Shown here piece by piece: positions 51,604-59,181 of a stretch of DNA of 64,000 bases (the stretch's first letter is position 1; every line of letters begins with the position of its first letter). The notes below the pieces were generated by a model. It did no database searches. It had not been told where the DNA came from and saw nothing but the letters and a program-made list of their open reading frames with translations. Origin of the DNA: a virus. The DNA lies in IMG/VR virus record IMGVR_UViG_3300008110_000181, positions 1-64,000 of that record; one strand, written 5' to 3'. Made by a program: the position numbers and the translations under genes.

Positions 51604-51876
51604 TCACTCCTCCGACAGTTCCTCCATCATGTCGTTGATTTCGATCCCATCGATGGCAGGATCATCCCATCGGCATCCGTCAGGAGTCTCCTTGCTGCCA
51701 CACTCCCAAAGCATTGCCACCAGGTCCTGATAGGTGCCTCCACGTCGGGCAATGCGACGTGCCTCATGGTAGAGTCCCTCATCGTTGCCGATCCAGAGAG
51801 AGACATTCCAGGTCTCCCAGTTTGCCCATCCGTTGTAGGTTTCGGTTTCGGGGATCATGGAGGTGAGAGCGTTCAT
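51604..51876 (-). CDS. Early hypothetical protein (YNGW.NWETW family)
   Basis: YNGWANWETWNVSLWIGND motif seen in other phages. Confidence 0.7.
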   Translation of the reverse strand: MNALTSMIPETETYNGWANWETWNVSLWIGNDEGLYHEARRIARRGGTYQDLVAMLWECGSKETPDGCRWDDPAIDGIEINDMMEELSEE

Positions 51877-52031
51877 GGGTGGTTGCGTGTGAGTGTATTG
51901 TAGCAGGTCAGGGGGGTCAGTCCCACCATCCGTTGCGGGTGTTGACCTTCATGCCCAAGGCGGCACACATCATGGGGAAACCGATGGCGACGATCATCAG
52001 GAGAGCGGCAGCAAGGTAGTGATTCACTCCC

Positions 52032-52928
52032 TCATGCGGCACACTGGAAACGACCGTGGTTGAAATTAGCATTAGAAAAGACCTCACGATTCACCAGTTT
52101 GAACATACCAAACTCATTGGTCAGTACATAACCTTCGGCATCAATGCGATTCCCGTAGAGGTATGCTGCAGGACCATTGTTGCGGCAGAGATAGAGGCAG
52201 TCATCTTTGATAGACTTCACCAGTGCCCACAAACGCAGCAGGTTGGTATCACAATCGAAGTCTTCAGGGTTGACTTCCTCACCAGCACGAATGCAGGCAT
52301 TGATCTGTTGCTTAATCTTTGCTGCCTCTTTATCAGTTACAAAGGTGGCAGTGGTTGCCATCTGTCGGGCAAAGTTGCAGACTTCCTCTACATCAGCAAA
52401 TCGGGTTTGACCGTGTGCAATCCATGCATCAGGTTTCACGAATAGCACGGAATCAGTAGACTCCAGATTCACCGTGAGAGGGATTGCCCAACTATCACGA
52501 AGATCTGCAATTGCCTCATAACGAGTGTGAGGTGCAATGATCACCTGTTGATCTACTACCTCTGGGAACTTGTAAGTGAGTAGGTTGGAGTTGTATTCAT
52601 CAGATCCACCAAACCCGATAAAATCTCCCTGCAGAATGGAGTCTGAATGAGGAAGGCAATCATAACAAACGTGCAGAATTTTTGCAACTTCACCATCATA
52701 GAATTGATCGATTTCTTCATGATTGTGTGCAATGCGAATCTTTACTTTGTTGAAGACTGCTTTGGTGCCAATGAAGAACTTACCAGTTGCAGGGTTTGTG
52801 CCCCATACAATTGCGGGAGCACCGTCAATCTTAACACTGAGAGTGCCAGCAGCAGTGAACCAATCCAGAACATCAAGATTGCCCGTGAGGATCTCATCTT
52901 CGGGGTGTTCGAGGTGTGTGTTTTTCAT
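52032..52928 (-). CDS. Ligase-like nucleotidyltransferase-fold protein (DUF6267-like)
   Basis: HLEHPED, K-I-D-G (motif I), QGD, EGYV, KLV.R. Confidence 0.7.
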   Translation of the reverse strand: MKNTHLEHPEDEILTGNLDVLDWFTAAGTLSVKIDGAPAIVWGTNPATGKFFIGTKAVFNKVKIRIAHNHEEIDQFYDGEVAKILHVCYDCLPHSDSILQGDFIGFGGSDEYNSNLLTYKFPEVVDQQVIIAPHTRYEAIADLRDSWAIPLTVNLESTDSVLFVKPDAWIAHGQTRFADVEEVCNFARQMATTATFVTDKEAAKIKQQINACIRAGEEVNPEDFDCDTNLLRLWALVKSIKDDCLYLCRNNGPAAYLYGNRIDAEGYVLTNEFGMFKLVNREVFSNANFNHGRFQCAA

Positions 52929-52948
52929 GCTCTTAGTATAGGGGGTGA

Positions 52949-53158
52949 TCAGTTGAACCAGTAGGCAAGTTGTGCCAGTTCCTCTGCCGTCTCTTGCAGG
53001 TTGTCAGGGGTCAGACGTGCCAGGATACGCTCCGCATCCTCCTCAGGCACGTAGGAGAGGTCACCATTGATCTCACCTGCCAGGATCTCAGCGAGTGCGA
53101 TGCAACGGTCCTGCAGGGTCATGGAGAAGTTCAATGCCTTGAGTTCGGTGCTGTTCAT
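52949..53158 (-). CDS. Small acidic early protein (start MNSTELK)
   Basis: ATG lies 6 nt after TATACT. Confidence 0.6.
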   Translation of the reverse strand: MNSTELKALNFSMTLQDRCIALAEILAGEINGDLSYVPEEDAERILARLTPDNLQETAEELAQLAYWFN

Positions 53159-53346
53159 GCTCTTAGTATAGGGGGTCTGGGGGTGCTGTGGGGGTTTGGT
53201 GTCCAGTCCACGAAGTGGCACAGGGTCAGCCGCTGGGGGTGCCCTGAGATCTTATACTAAGGGCACAACGGAGAGAGGGGTGAGGTAACCCCGAAGACGA
53301 AAATGATCGACACCTCCCCTGCCATAAAATAAAAAATAAAAACTAT

Positions 53347-53370
53347 AAAAAAGGGGGCACGAATGCCCCC
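53347..53370 (-). terminator. Rho-independent terminator
   Basis: GGGGGCA-TTCG-TGCCCCC then T6 on the minus strand (UUCG loop). Confidence 0.85.
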
Positions 53371-53377
53371 GAATTCT

Positions 53378-53725
53378 TTATGCAAACATGAACCCATCTT
53401 CGAAGTCGTAGCAGTTAAACACAGGGGAAGTTCCTGCCTGCCCGATGAACTTGTGAATGAACCAATTGAAGTTCTTTTGAAATACACATTCACCCTTGAT
53501 TCCGTGCTCCGAAAGAATAGCATTCAGACGGGACTTAGTTGTCTTTGACTGATAACCACCGTCAAAGATTTGCACGAAGTCATCACCAACGACTGCAATC
53601 TTGTTACCGTGAAGGTATACAGTAGACTCGTTAGTTTCGGAATCGTAAGTAACTTCGGTATTGTCACAATGCCAGTTCAGGTTGTTAGAAATGGCATTGT
53701 TCATTTCACGTTCGATCTTACGCAT
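53378..53725 (-). CDS. Early hypothetical protein (probable start MRKIERE)
   Basis: VYLHGNKIA...TTKSRLNAIL; TTGCAA-17 bp-CATACT promoter upstream. Confidence 0.7.
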   Translation of the reverse strand: MRKIEREMNNAISNNLNWHCDNTEVTYDSETNESTVYLHGNKIAVVGDDFVQIFDGGYQSKTTKSRLNAILSEHGIKGECVFQKNFNWFIHKFIGQAGTSPVFNCYDFEDGFMFA

Positions 53726-53794
53726 GAGTCCGTTTCGTGTGAACAAAGGTAGTATGGACCAGATCGGGAGGCATTGCAACCCCCCTTGTGCCAC

Positions 53795-53980
53795 TTAGTC
53801 GATTGGCACATCCTCCACCAGTTCAGGGTAGTATTCTTGACACTCAGTGATCAATTCTTCGTCCGAATACTTAGCATAACCCTCATCCAGATAATCATAA
53901 CAGAGTTGGGTCATTGTTTTGAGATCCATGTCATCCAACATCTGCTGAATGAGTTGATCTTGAAGTTCAGAACGGTTCAT
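53795..53980 (-). CDS. Small acidic early protein
   Basis: 61-aa ORF. Confidence 0.6.
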   Translation of the reverse strand: MNRSELQDQLIQQMLDDMDLKTMTQLCYDYLDEGYAKYSDEELITECQEYYPELVEDVPID

Positions 53981-53985
53981 GAGTT

Positions 53986-54192
53986 TCAGTTAAGAATGAT
54001 ACGATAATCAATGGATTTGATGCACCAACCTGTAGCAAATGTGATCTCTTCTACGAGGTCATCTTCATCATCTGCTTCCCAGATTGTACCAAACACAACA
54101 TCACGGAGTTCTTCTTTGTATTCATCAGTGACGGGTTCATCATAAGCATCATCGCTAAAATCAAAGGCGATTTCAGTAACTTGGAATTGCAT
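53986..54192 (-). CDS. Small acidic early protein
   Basis: WEADDEDDLVEEIT..TGWCI motif. Confidence 0.65.
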   Translation of the reverse strand: MQFQVTEIAFDFSDDAYDEPVTDEYKEELRDVVFGTIWEADDEDDLVEEITFATGWCIKSIDYRIILN

Positions 54193-54341
54193 CAGTAGGT
54201 CACCAGTGCGGAAACTTTATCATACAACTGGGCGACATTCACACCCAGTTGTTCACTCACTTCATCCCAATCTTCATGAAACTCAATGAGATCCAGCAGA
54301 GCACGAATCTCTGCTTGGTTTAGTTCAAGAACTTCAGGCAT
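54192..54341 (-). CDS. Small acidic early protein (49 aa; not in the ORF track)
   Basis: MPEVLELNQAEIRALLDLIEFHEDWDEVSEQLG... Confidence 0.5.
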   Translation of the reverse strand: MPEVLELNQAEIRALLDLIEFHEDWDEVSEQLGVNVAQLYDKVSALVTY

Positions 54342-54346
54342 TGTTT

Positions 54347-54472
54347 TCAGTAATCGTAGTTTCCGTTCAGGTACTCATTCACATCGAACTTTTCATCTTT
54401 GAGTTCAGGAATGTCCATGTCGAAGATTTCACCAGGCATGTCCTGAATCTCACTCCAAAGTTCATCAAACAT
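54347..54472 (-). CDS. Small acidic early protein (41 aa; not in the ORF track)
   Basis: MFDELWSEIQDMPGEIFDMDIPELKDEKFDVNEYLNGNYDY. Confidence 0.55.
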   Translation of the reverse strand: MFDELWSEIQDMPGEIFDMDIPELKDEKFDVNEYLNGNYDY

Positions 54473-54566
54473 GGTTCAATTTCTGACGACTTGAATACAA
54501 TACACGATCTCGGTGCCCCATGGGGGTTTAGTGTACGGTTCCCCAACTGGCACAGGGTCCGCTCCG

Positions 54567-54594
54567 ATTCTCAATAAGAAAATATTATTGAGAA
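54567..54594. repeat. 28-bp palindromic box, with an identical second copy at 55309-55336
   Basis: ATTCTCAATAAGAAAATATTATTGAGAA at both sites. Confidence 0.85.
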
Positions 54595-54613
54595 CGGAAA
54601 CAGTTAGTGTTAC

Positions 54614-54820
54614 TTACTGACCAAAGAATTCTTCGTAAACATCAGCAATGCGATCAATCAACCAATCGGTGGCGTTTACATCAAACACCTCACAAACCCA
54701 ATCCACGCAATCATTCAGATCAGTGTGATTGTTGCACATAAAATCACGCAGGGCGGGAGCAATGTCGAGATCGAACTGGTGAACCTCAGTAGCAGTAGGC
54801 ATCGCAGTGGTGTTGTTCAT
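54614..54820 (-). CDS. Small acidic early protein
   Basis: 68-aa ORF; ATG lies 6 nt after TAATGT. Confidence 0.6.
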   Translation of the reverse strand: MNNTTAMPTATEVHQFDLDIAPALRDFMCNNHTDLNDCVDWVCEVFDVNATDWLIDRIADVYEEFFGQ

Positions 54821-54871
54821 GTGTACACATTAGGGCATCAGGGGGCACAGCACAAGGGGGGTTGTGCCAGT

Positions 54872-55186
54872 TCAACGATTGGCACACACGTAGTTGTAAA
54901 CATTGCGGCAATCTTGGTACAGTGCCTTACACTCAGGCACGAACACGTTCTTGACCCATGCCCAGAAAGTCTTGGCACCTTCGATGACACGAAGCACGAA
55001 AAGTTGAGTCCGTTCGGTCATATTGTGCTCTTGCCACTTCTCAGCAGTGATCATAGCAATTGCAGCAACGAATGCACAGAAGATCTCAACACCATCCATG
55101 AAAGTGTTGAAGTGTTTCTTATAATCAATCTCGGCGATCATCTCCACGAAAGCATCAGCAGGAGGGAAAGATTTGGTCAGTTCCAT
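54872..55186 (-). CDS. Early hypothetical protein
   Basis: 104-aa ORF with its own promoter. Confidence 0.6.
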   Translation of the reverse strand: MELTKSFPPADAFVEMIAEIDYKKHFNTFMDGVEIFCAFVAAIAMITAEKWQEHNMTERTQLFVLRVIEGAKTFWAWVKNVFVPECKALYQDCRNVYNYVCANR

Positions 55187-55387
55187 TGTTGTTTTGTGTG
55201 GCGGGTTGTTGTAGAGAATTCCTCAACCACGAAACCAACATAAAATATTTTTCAGCAATCCGCAAGGGGGTCTGTGCCACCACGTGGATTGGCACACGGG
55301 CAGCTGCCATTCTCAATAAGAAAATATTATTGAGAATCAATAAGAGTACTGTTATTGAGAATAAGACCAATTAATCAACTGGCACAT

Positions 55388-55546
55388 TCACCAATCGATA
55401 TCGAATTCCTTGATGCTAGCATGTACATCTTCGTCAGATTCTAGTCCTAGGATATCTCGCCAATTGAGATCTTCTAGTTCTAAATCATCATAACACATGA
55501 GATCTAGTGTGACGCGTACCATACGCTTTGTGTGTGTCGCAGGCAT
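55388..55546 (-). CDS. Small acidic protein (52 aa; not in the ORF track)
   Basis: MPATHTKRMVRVTLDLMCYDDLELEDLNWRDILGLE...; TTGCGT-17 bp-TAGAAT upstream. Confidence 0.55.
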   Translation of the reverse strand: MPATHTKRMVRVTLDLMCYDDLELEDLNWRDILGLESDEDVHASIKEFDIDW

Positions 55547-55577
55547 GTGATTCTCGTGCGTGGTGTGCTACATTCTA

Positions 55578-55739
55578 TCATGCATAATGTATATACGCAA
55601 GTGTATCATAGTCTTGCGTATCTCGTGCATAATCCTCGTCGATGTCTACGTCACGTTGTGCATAATTCTCGTAATACGTATCCTCGTCGAGATTATAATC
55701 GTTACTGAAAGTGTAGTCGAGATCGTAATCGTCGTACAT
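55578..55739 (-). CDS. Asp/Tyr-rich 53-aa peptide
   Basis: MYDDYDLDYTFSNDYNLDEDTYYENY...; TTGCAA-17 bp-TATACT upstream. Confidence 0.55.
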   Translation of the reverse strand: MYDDYDLDYTFSNDYNLDEDTYYENYAQRDVDIDEDYARDTQDYDTLAYIHYA

Positions 55740-55919
55740 AATGCTCGTCGAGATTGTGTAACTAGATGTAGTATAGCATAGTCTCGACGAGTTTGCAAGC
55801 CTTATGATGCACCGTCTCGTCGAGATCATAATGATATATATGTATTCTTGTCGAGATTTGTTAAGAAATGCTTATAAGTCTCGTCGAGATTTGTGTGGGT
55901 CTCGTAATATCTCGTCGGG
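55635..55919. repeat. Phased CTCGTCGAG(A) repeat array
   Basis: Exact or near copies at 55635, 55683, ~55713, 55744, 55783 (inverted), 55816, 55847, 55880 and 55911. Confidence 0.85.
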
Positions 55920-55923
55920 GGTC

Positions 55924-55952
55924 TTGACATTGAGACCTTCGTGTGTTATAAT
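55924..55952 (+). promoter_or_regulatory. Perfect consensus sigma70 promoter with no downstream gene
   Basis: TTGACA-17 bp-TATAAT. Confidence 0.8.
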
Positions 55953-56173
55953 CCGCAGACTTAACTCACAAGTCCTAGAGGCATTTATGAGACTTTTAGA
56001 AGGTATTAAACACAAGTCCTAGAAGGGTTTAGAAGGCATTTAGAAGACCTATTCTCAACTATATTCTCAATTGATTCTCAATAATTATCATCTTATTGAG
56101 AATGTTATAAAACAATAACATATATTTTTTAATACCTTTTTTAATTAACTTTAACCTTATTTTGTATCAATCA

Positions 56174-56437
56174 CTACCATTTTTGCACTGGACAATAGGC
56201 TGCCACAAACTTCACCTTATGTTCTAACCAACAACCACAATGTCTACAACGTTTCTGTTGTTCATGATAATATTCACAGGTCTTACATGTATTCAATCGT
56301 TCTTCCCTTAACTGATCACTGGCATAGATCTGATGTTCTATAGGCATCATTGCATCCTTGACAACTTCAAATGTAAACTGTGCAAGATTCTTTCCTTGCT
56401 CAACTAATGACGGAAACTCTTCTTTATTGTCCGACAT
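56174..56437 (-). CDS. Cys-rich metal-binding protein (DUF6171-like)
   Basis: RL..CKTC...RCRHCGC...K......CP..KW. Confidence 0.75.
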   Translation of the reverse strand: MSDNKEEFPSLVEQGKNLAQFTFEVVKDAMMPIEHQIYASDQLREERLNTCKTCEYYHEQQKRCRHCGCWLEHKVKFVAAYCPVQKW

Positions 56438-57023
56438 AGAACCACCCTGTGATTACATACTTTGTTCCTTTTAAGACTAATCCACCACGATGACAATGTG
56501 TTAAACCAGCAGGCCAAATAAGTAATGTTCCTTTGCTTGGATTGATTCTCTTCTTATAATACAGAAACTCAGTCTCTCCACCTTCAAAATCATCATTCAA
56601 ATAAAACATCCAAACAGCAACTCTTGCCGAATGTTGCATGGCACTGTTCTCATCATGCCAGACATGATAACCACCACCAGCAGGAGTCTTTTGTACCTTT
56701 TGATTGATCGAATACAAGGTAATTGGTTTAAGATGTCCAAACACGGTCGTATACTCAGACAGACATTGTTTTAGAACTTCATTAACCTGTTGTTGTGGAT
56801 TTGTCGGTTTAATATGAGCACCGAGTTCACCTAGATCAAGTGCCCAATCAAATCGTCCTGCATTACTATTCTCAAACTGATGATCTTCACAAAAGACGGC
56901 ATCCATATCATGATAATAATCAAATGCGGATACGATCTCATCACACAGATCAAAACTTAATATATTTTCGTATGTGCCGATGAAGTCTTCATACGTTCCT
57001 TTTAATTGTGTAGATTCTTCCAT
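56424..57023 (-). CDS. 2OG-Fe(II) oxygenase
   Basis: YHVWHDE, MFYLNDDFEGGET, HCHRG, KYVITGW. Confidence 0.92.
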   Translation of the reverse strand: MEESTQLKGTYEDFIGTYENILSFDLCDEIVSAFDYYHDMDAVFCEDHQFENSNAGRFDWALDLGELGAHIKPTNPQQQVNEVLKQCLSEYTTVFGHLKPITLYSINQKVQKTPAGGGYHVWHDENSAMQHSARVAVWMFYLNDDFEGGETEFLYYKKRINPSKGTLLIWPAGLTHCHRGGLVLKGTKYVITGWFYVGQ

Positions 57024-57325
57024 TGTTCTGCTTCTGGATACTTTTCAATCACCTTATTCACAAACAAATCATAATACGTCTCATTCCATGATTCGACATT
57101 ACGTCCCCACTTTTCGATCGGACATTCTTCATACAAATGTTTCACCTTATTCGGCACATAACAATTGCACAGAATACAACCTTGATTCTCTGCATGATAA
57201 TGTTTACAATCAAGACAATGATCTAATCGTTTCTTTTCTTCTTCGGGATGAACGGGAAACAAGAACTTTGCATCGTTCATTTCACACACAATATGAAAGA
57301 CAAACTCTGATAGTTCCATACTCAT
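57002..57325 (-). CDS. Cys-rich metal-binding protein (DUF6171-like paralog)
   Basis: RLDHCLDC...CILCNC...K......CPIEKW. Confidence 0.7.
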   Translation of the reverse strand: MSMELSEFVFHIVCEMNDAKFLFPVHPEEEKKRLDHCLDCKHYHAENQGCILCNCYVPNKVKHLYEECPIEKWGRNVESWNETYYDLFVNKVIEKYPEAEQWKNLHN

Positions 57326-57342
57326 TTCAATTGAATTCTTTG

Positions 57343-57371
57343 ATTATAACATTCTGATGCTGAAATGTCAA
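57343..57371 (-). promoter_or_regulatory. Sigma70-type promoter
   Basis: TTGACA-17 bp-TATAAT upstream of 57325. Confidence 0.8.
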
Positions 57372-58627
57372 GCAATGTTTGATCTCTGTACCAGTGCTCC
57401 TGATGCACCTTTGTTTGCCCAACGAGTATTGGATACATTCAACCATGGGCCAGCACTACCACCATTGGCGACGTTTGTTGAACCACCAGCGGCACCATAG
57501 GTTCCACCTGCACCGCCATTAAAACCTGCACTGGTATTCGATGTCTGATTCTGTGCCGAATATCCACCACCACAATTTAATGAAGCAGCAGATCCTGGTG
57601 AATTACCACCAACTGGCCCTGCGGTATTGTTTGATCCTTGTCCCGTACCTCCACCACCACCTGCGGCGGCAGCTGCAGACCCAATGTTCGTGTCTGATCC
57701 ACCACTACATCCCAAATACCATGGTGTAAAATACCAGACACCCTGGGATCTTTGTCCTCTGAAATAGGTCACACTTCCACCTGCATTACAATAGTTTTGT
57801 GTCTCTCCAGCCGCACAACTACCTGGGCAACCTGCCCACCAGTCCCAGTTAAATGTCGTCTGATAAGAATAATAATTAGAACAAATTGTCGTGCCACTGA
57901 CATTACCAAATGGCCCACCAGCACCACCACCTCCACCACCTGCAATCAGTGCCGTATTGGATAGATTTAAGTTAATGGTCGATGCATTCCCTGTCGTGCG
58001 ACTTGTCGTATTTCTCAGATACAATGCACCACCACCACTATTACCATTTGTCGCGGCAGAATTGACGGTTTGACCAGATCCACCCGTTCCTTCTCTTCCT
58101 AATACTTTCGTCGCGGCAAATGTCAAATCTAAATTCAGTGCGGATGCAGAAAAGACAATGGCATGAGCACCTGTCGTGCTTCCCTTCCATGTTGAATTAT
58201 CAAATGTAACTCTCTTAGGTACATTTAAATCAATGTTGGATGACCAGTTATCACCAATTTGTCCTCCACCAGGACTAATATCAACCTGACTATTACTTCC
58301 ACCCGTATAAGATACATCATAACGTTTGATCATATTTTTCAATGATGAAACTTTATGATTATTCGCAGCGGTAACTCCTGCACCATCGACACCACAAGTC
58401 TGATTCTCATAGGCATCGGGTACAATCGCAGTTGCCGCTGCTTTCTCATCGGGATTTGCATTAACATCCGCAAAGACTTCATTTGCACCTGTCTTTCTGC
58501 GATAATCACCAAATCGAATATTTGTCCCAGGTCTACCCATTGTAGAGGCAATCGTACTGAAACTCAGTGCTCCCACACCTGGCCCAATATCTTGAAAGTA
58601 TTTGGTCTGTGTCGTATTAACAGGCAT
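57368..58627 (-). CDS. Gly-rich virion protein, gp38-type adhesin-like
   Basis: IAGGGGGGAGG and other polyglycine motifs flanking a Cys/aromatic-rich insert; CTAAATA late-type promoter upstream. Confidence 0.6.
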   Translation of the reverse strand: MPVNTTQTKYFQDIGPGVGALSFSTIASTMGRPGTNIRFGDYRRKTGANEVFADVNANPDEKAAATAIVPDAYENQTCGVDGAGVTAANNHKVSSLKNMIKRYDVSYTGGSNSQVDISPGGGQIGDNWSSNIDLNVPKRVTFDNSTWKGSTTGAHAIVFSASALNLDLTFAATKVLGREGTGGSGQTVNSAATNGNSGGGALYLRNTTSRTTGNASTINLNLSNTALIAGGGGGGAGGPFGNVSGTTICSNYYSYQTTFNWDWWAGCPGSCAAGETQNYCNAGGSVTYFRGQRSQGVWYFTPWYLGCSGGSDTNIGSAAAAAGGGGGTGQGSNNTAGPVGGNSPGSAASLNCGGGYSAQNQTSNTSAGFNGGAGGTYGAAGGSTNVANGGSAGPWLNVSNTRWANKGASGALVQRSNIA

Positions 58628-58668
58628 TGCGACAAGAATAGATGTCTATTTTTAGATATTTAGACTCA

Positions 58669-59181
58669 TTACCGATATTTGATCGCAACCGTGAACCGAT
58701 GACGATTTCGAAATGTTGTCGCACGATGTAAAATCGATGCATCAAAAATTGATAATCGATTTGGTAATGGACAAATACCCTGAATACTATCATCCATATA
58801 AAATTGTGTCTCACCACCATCATTCAGATTCCATTCTAAATGTGGATAATACAACAAGGTATAACCAGTCTGATCATCAATATGAAAATAAGGATTCTCT
58901 CCTGGTGCAAAACAATTCACATACATTCGATACATCTTCAAAGATCCAAGAAAATCAAATGTTTCTATAATCTTTCGACTGAATAACTTATAGACAAATT
59001 CATGCCCAGAAATATGATGCACCATACCTGTCGGAGGATAACCAACAATATCAGGTTCACCATAATGATAATTCGCACTCAGACAGTATTGATATACTCT
59101 CTGATGCTCTGGTTTGGTTAAAAAGTTATCGACAAAATTAATTTGCATGAATCGTTGACCGAATGTGTAAATTAAATGCAA
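58669..59181 (-). CDS. 2OG-Fe(II) oxygenase (prolyl-hydroxylase-like); probable start MQINFVDNF
   Basis: YFHIDD, GGETQF, LHRA, RFTVAIK. Confidence 0.88.
   Translation of the reverse strand: MHLIYTFGQRFMQINFVDNFLTKPEHQRVYQYCLSANYHYGEPDIVGYPPTGMVHHISGHEFVYKLFSRKIIETFDFLGSLKMYRMYVNCFAPGENPYFHIDDQTGYTLLYYPHLEWNLNDGGETQFYMDDSIQGICPLPNRLSIFDASILHRATTFRNRHRFTVAIKYR

Noticed and set aside
53199-55296. TGGCAC as a sigma54 -24 element
   Set aside because: No TTGC at the required -12 spacing, the motif is a dyad, and cyanobacteria lack sigma54.
55635-55919. CTCGTCGAG array as a mini-CRISPR
   Set aside because: The repeat core is only about 9-11 bp and degenerate, one copy is inverted, and no cas genes or typical 23-47 bp repeats are present.
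57368-58627. Diversity-generating retroelement target
   Set aside because: No reverse transcriptase and no template/variable repeat pair seen in the window.
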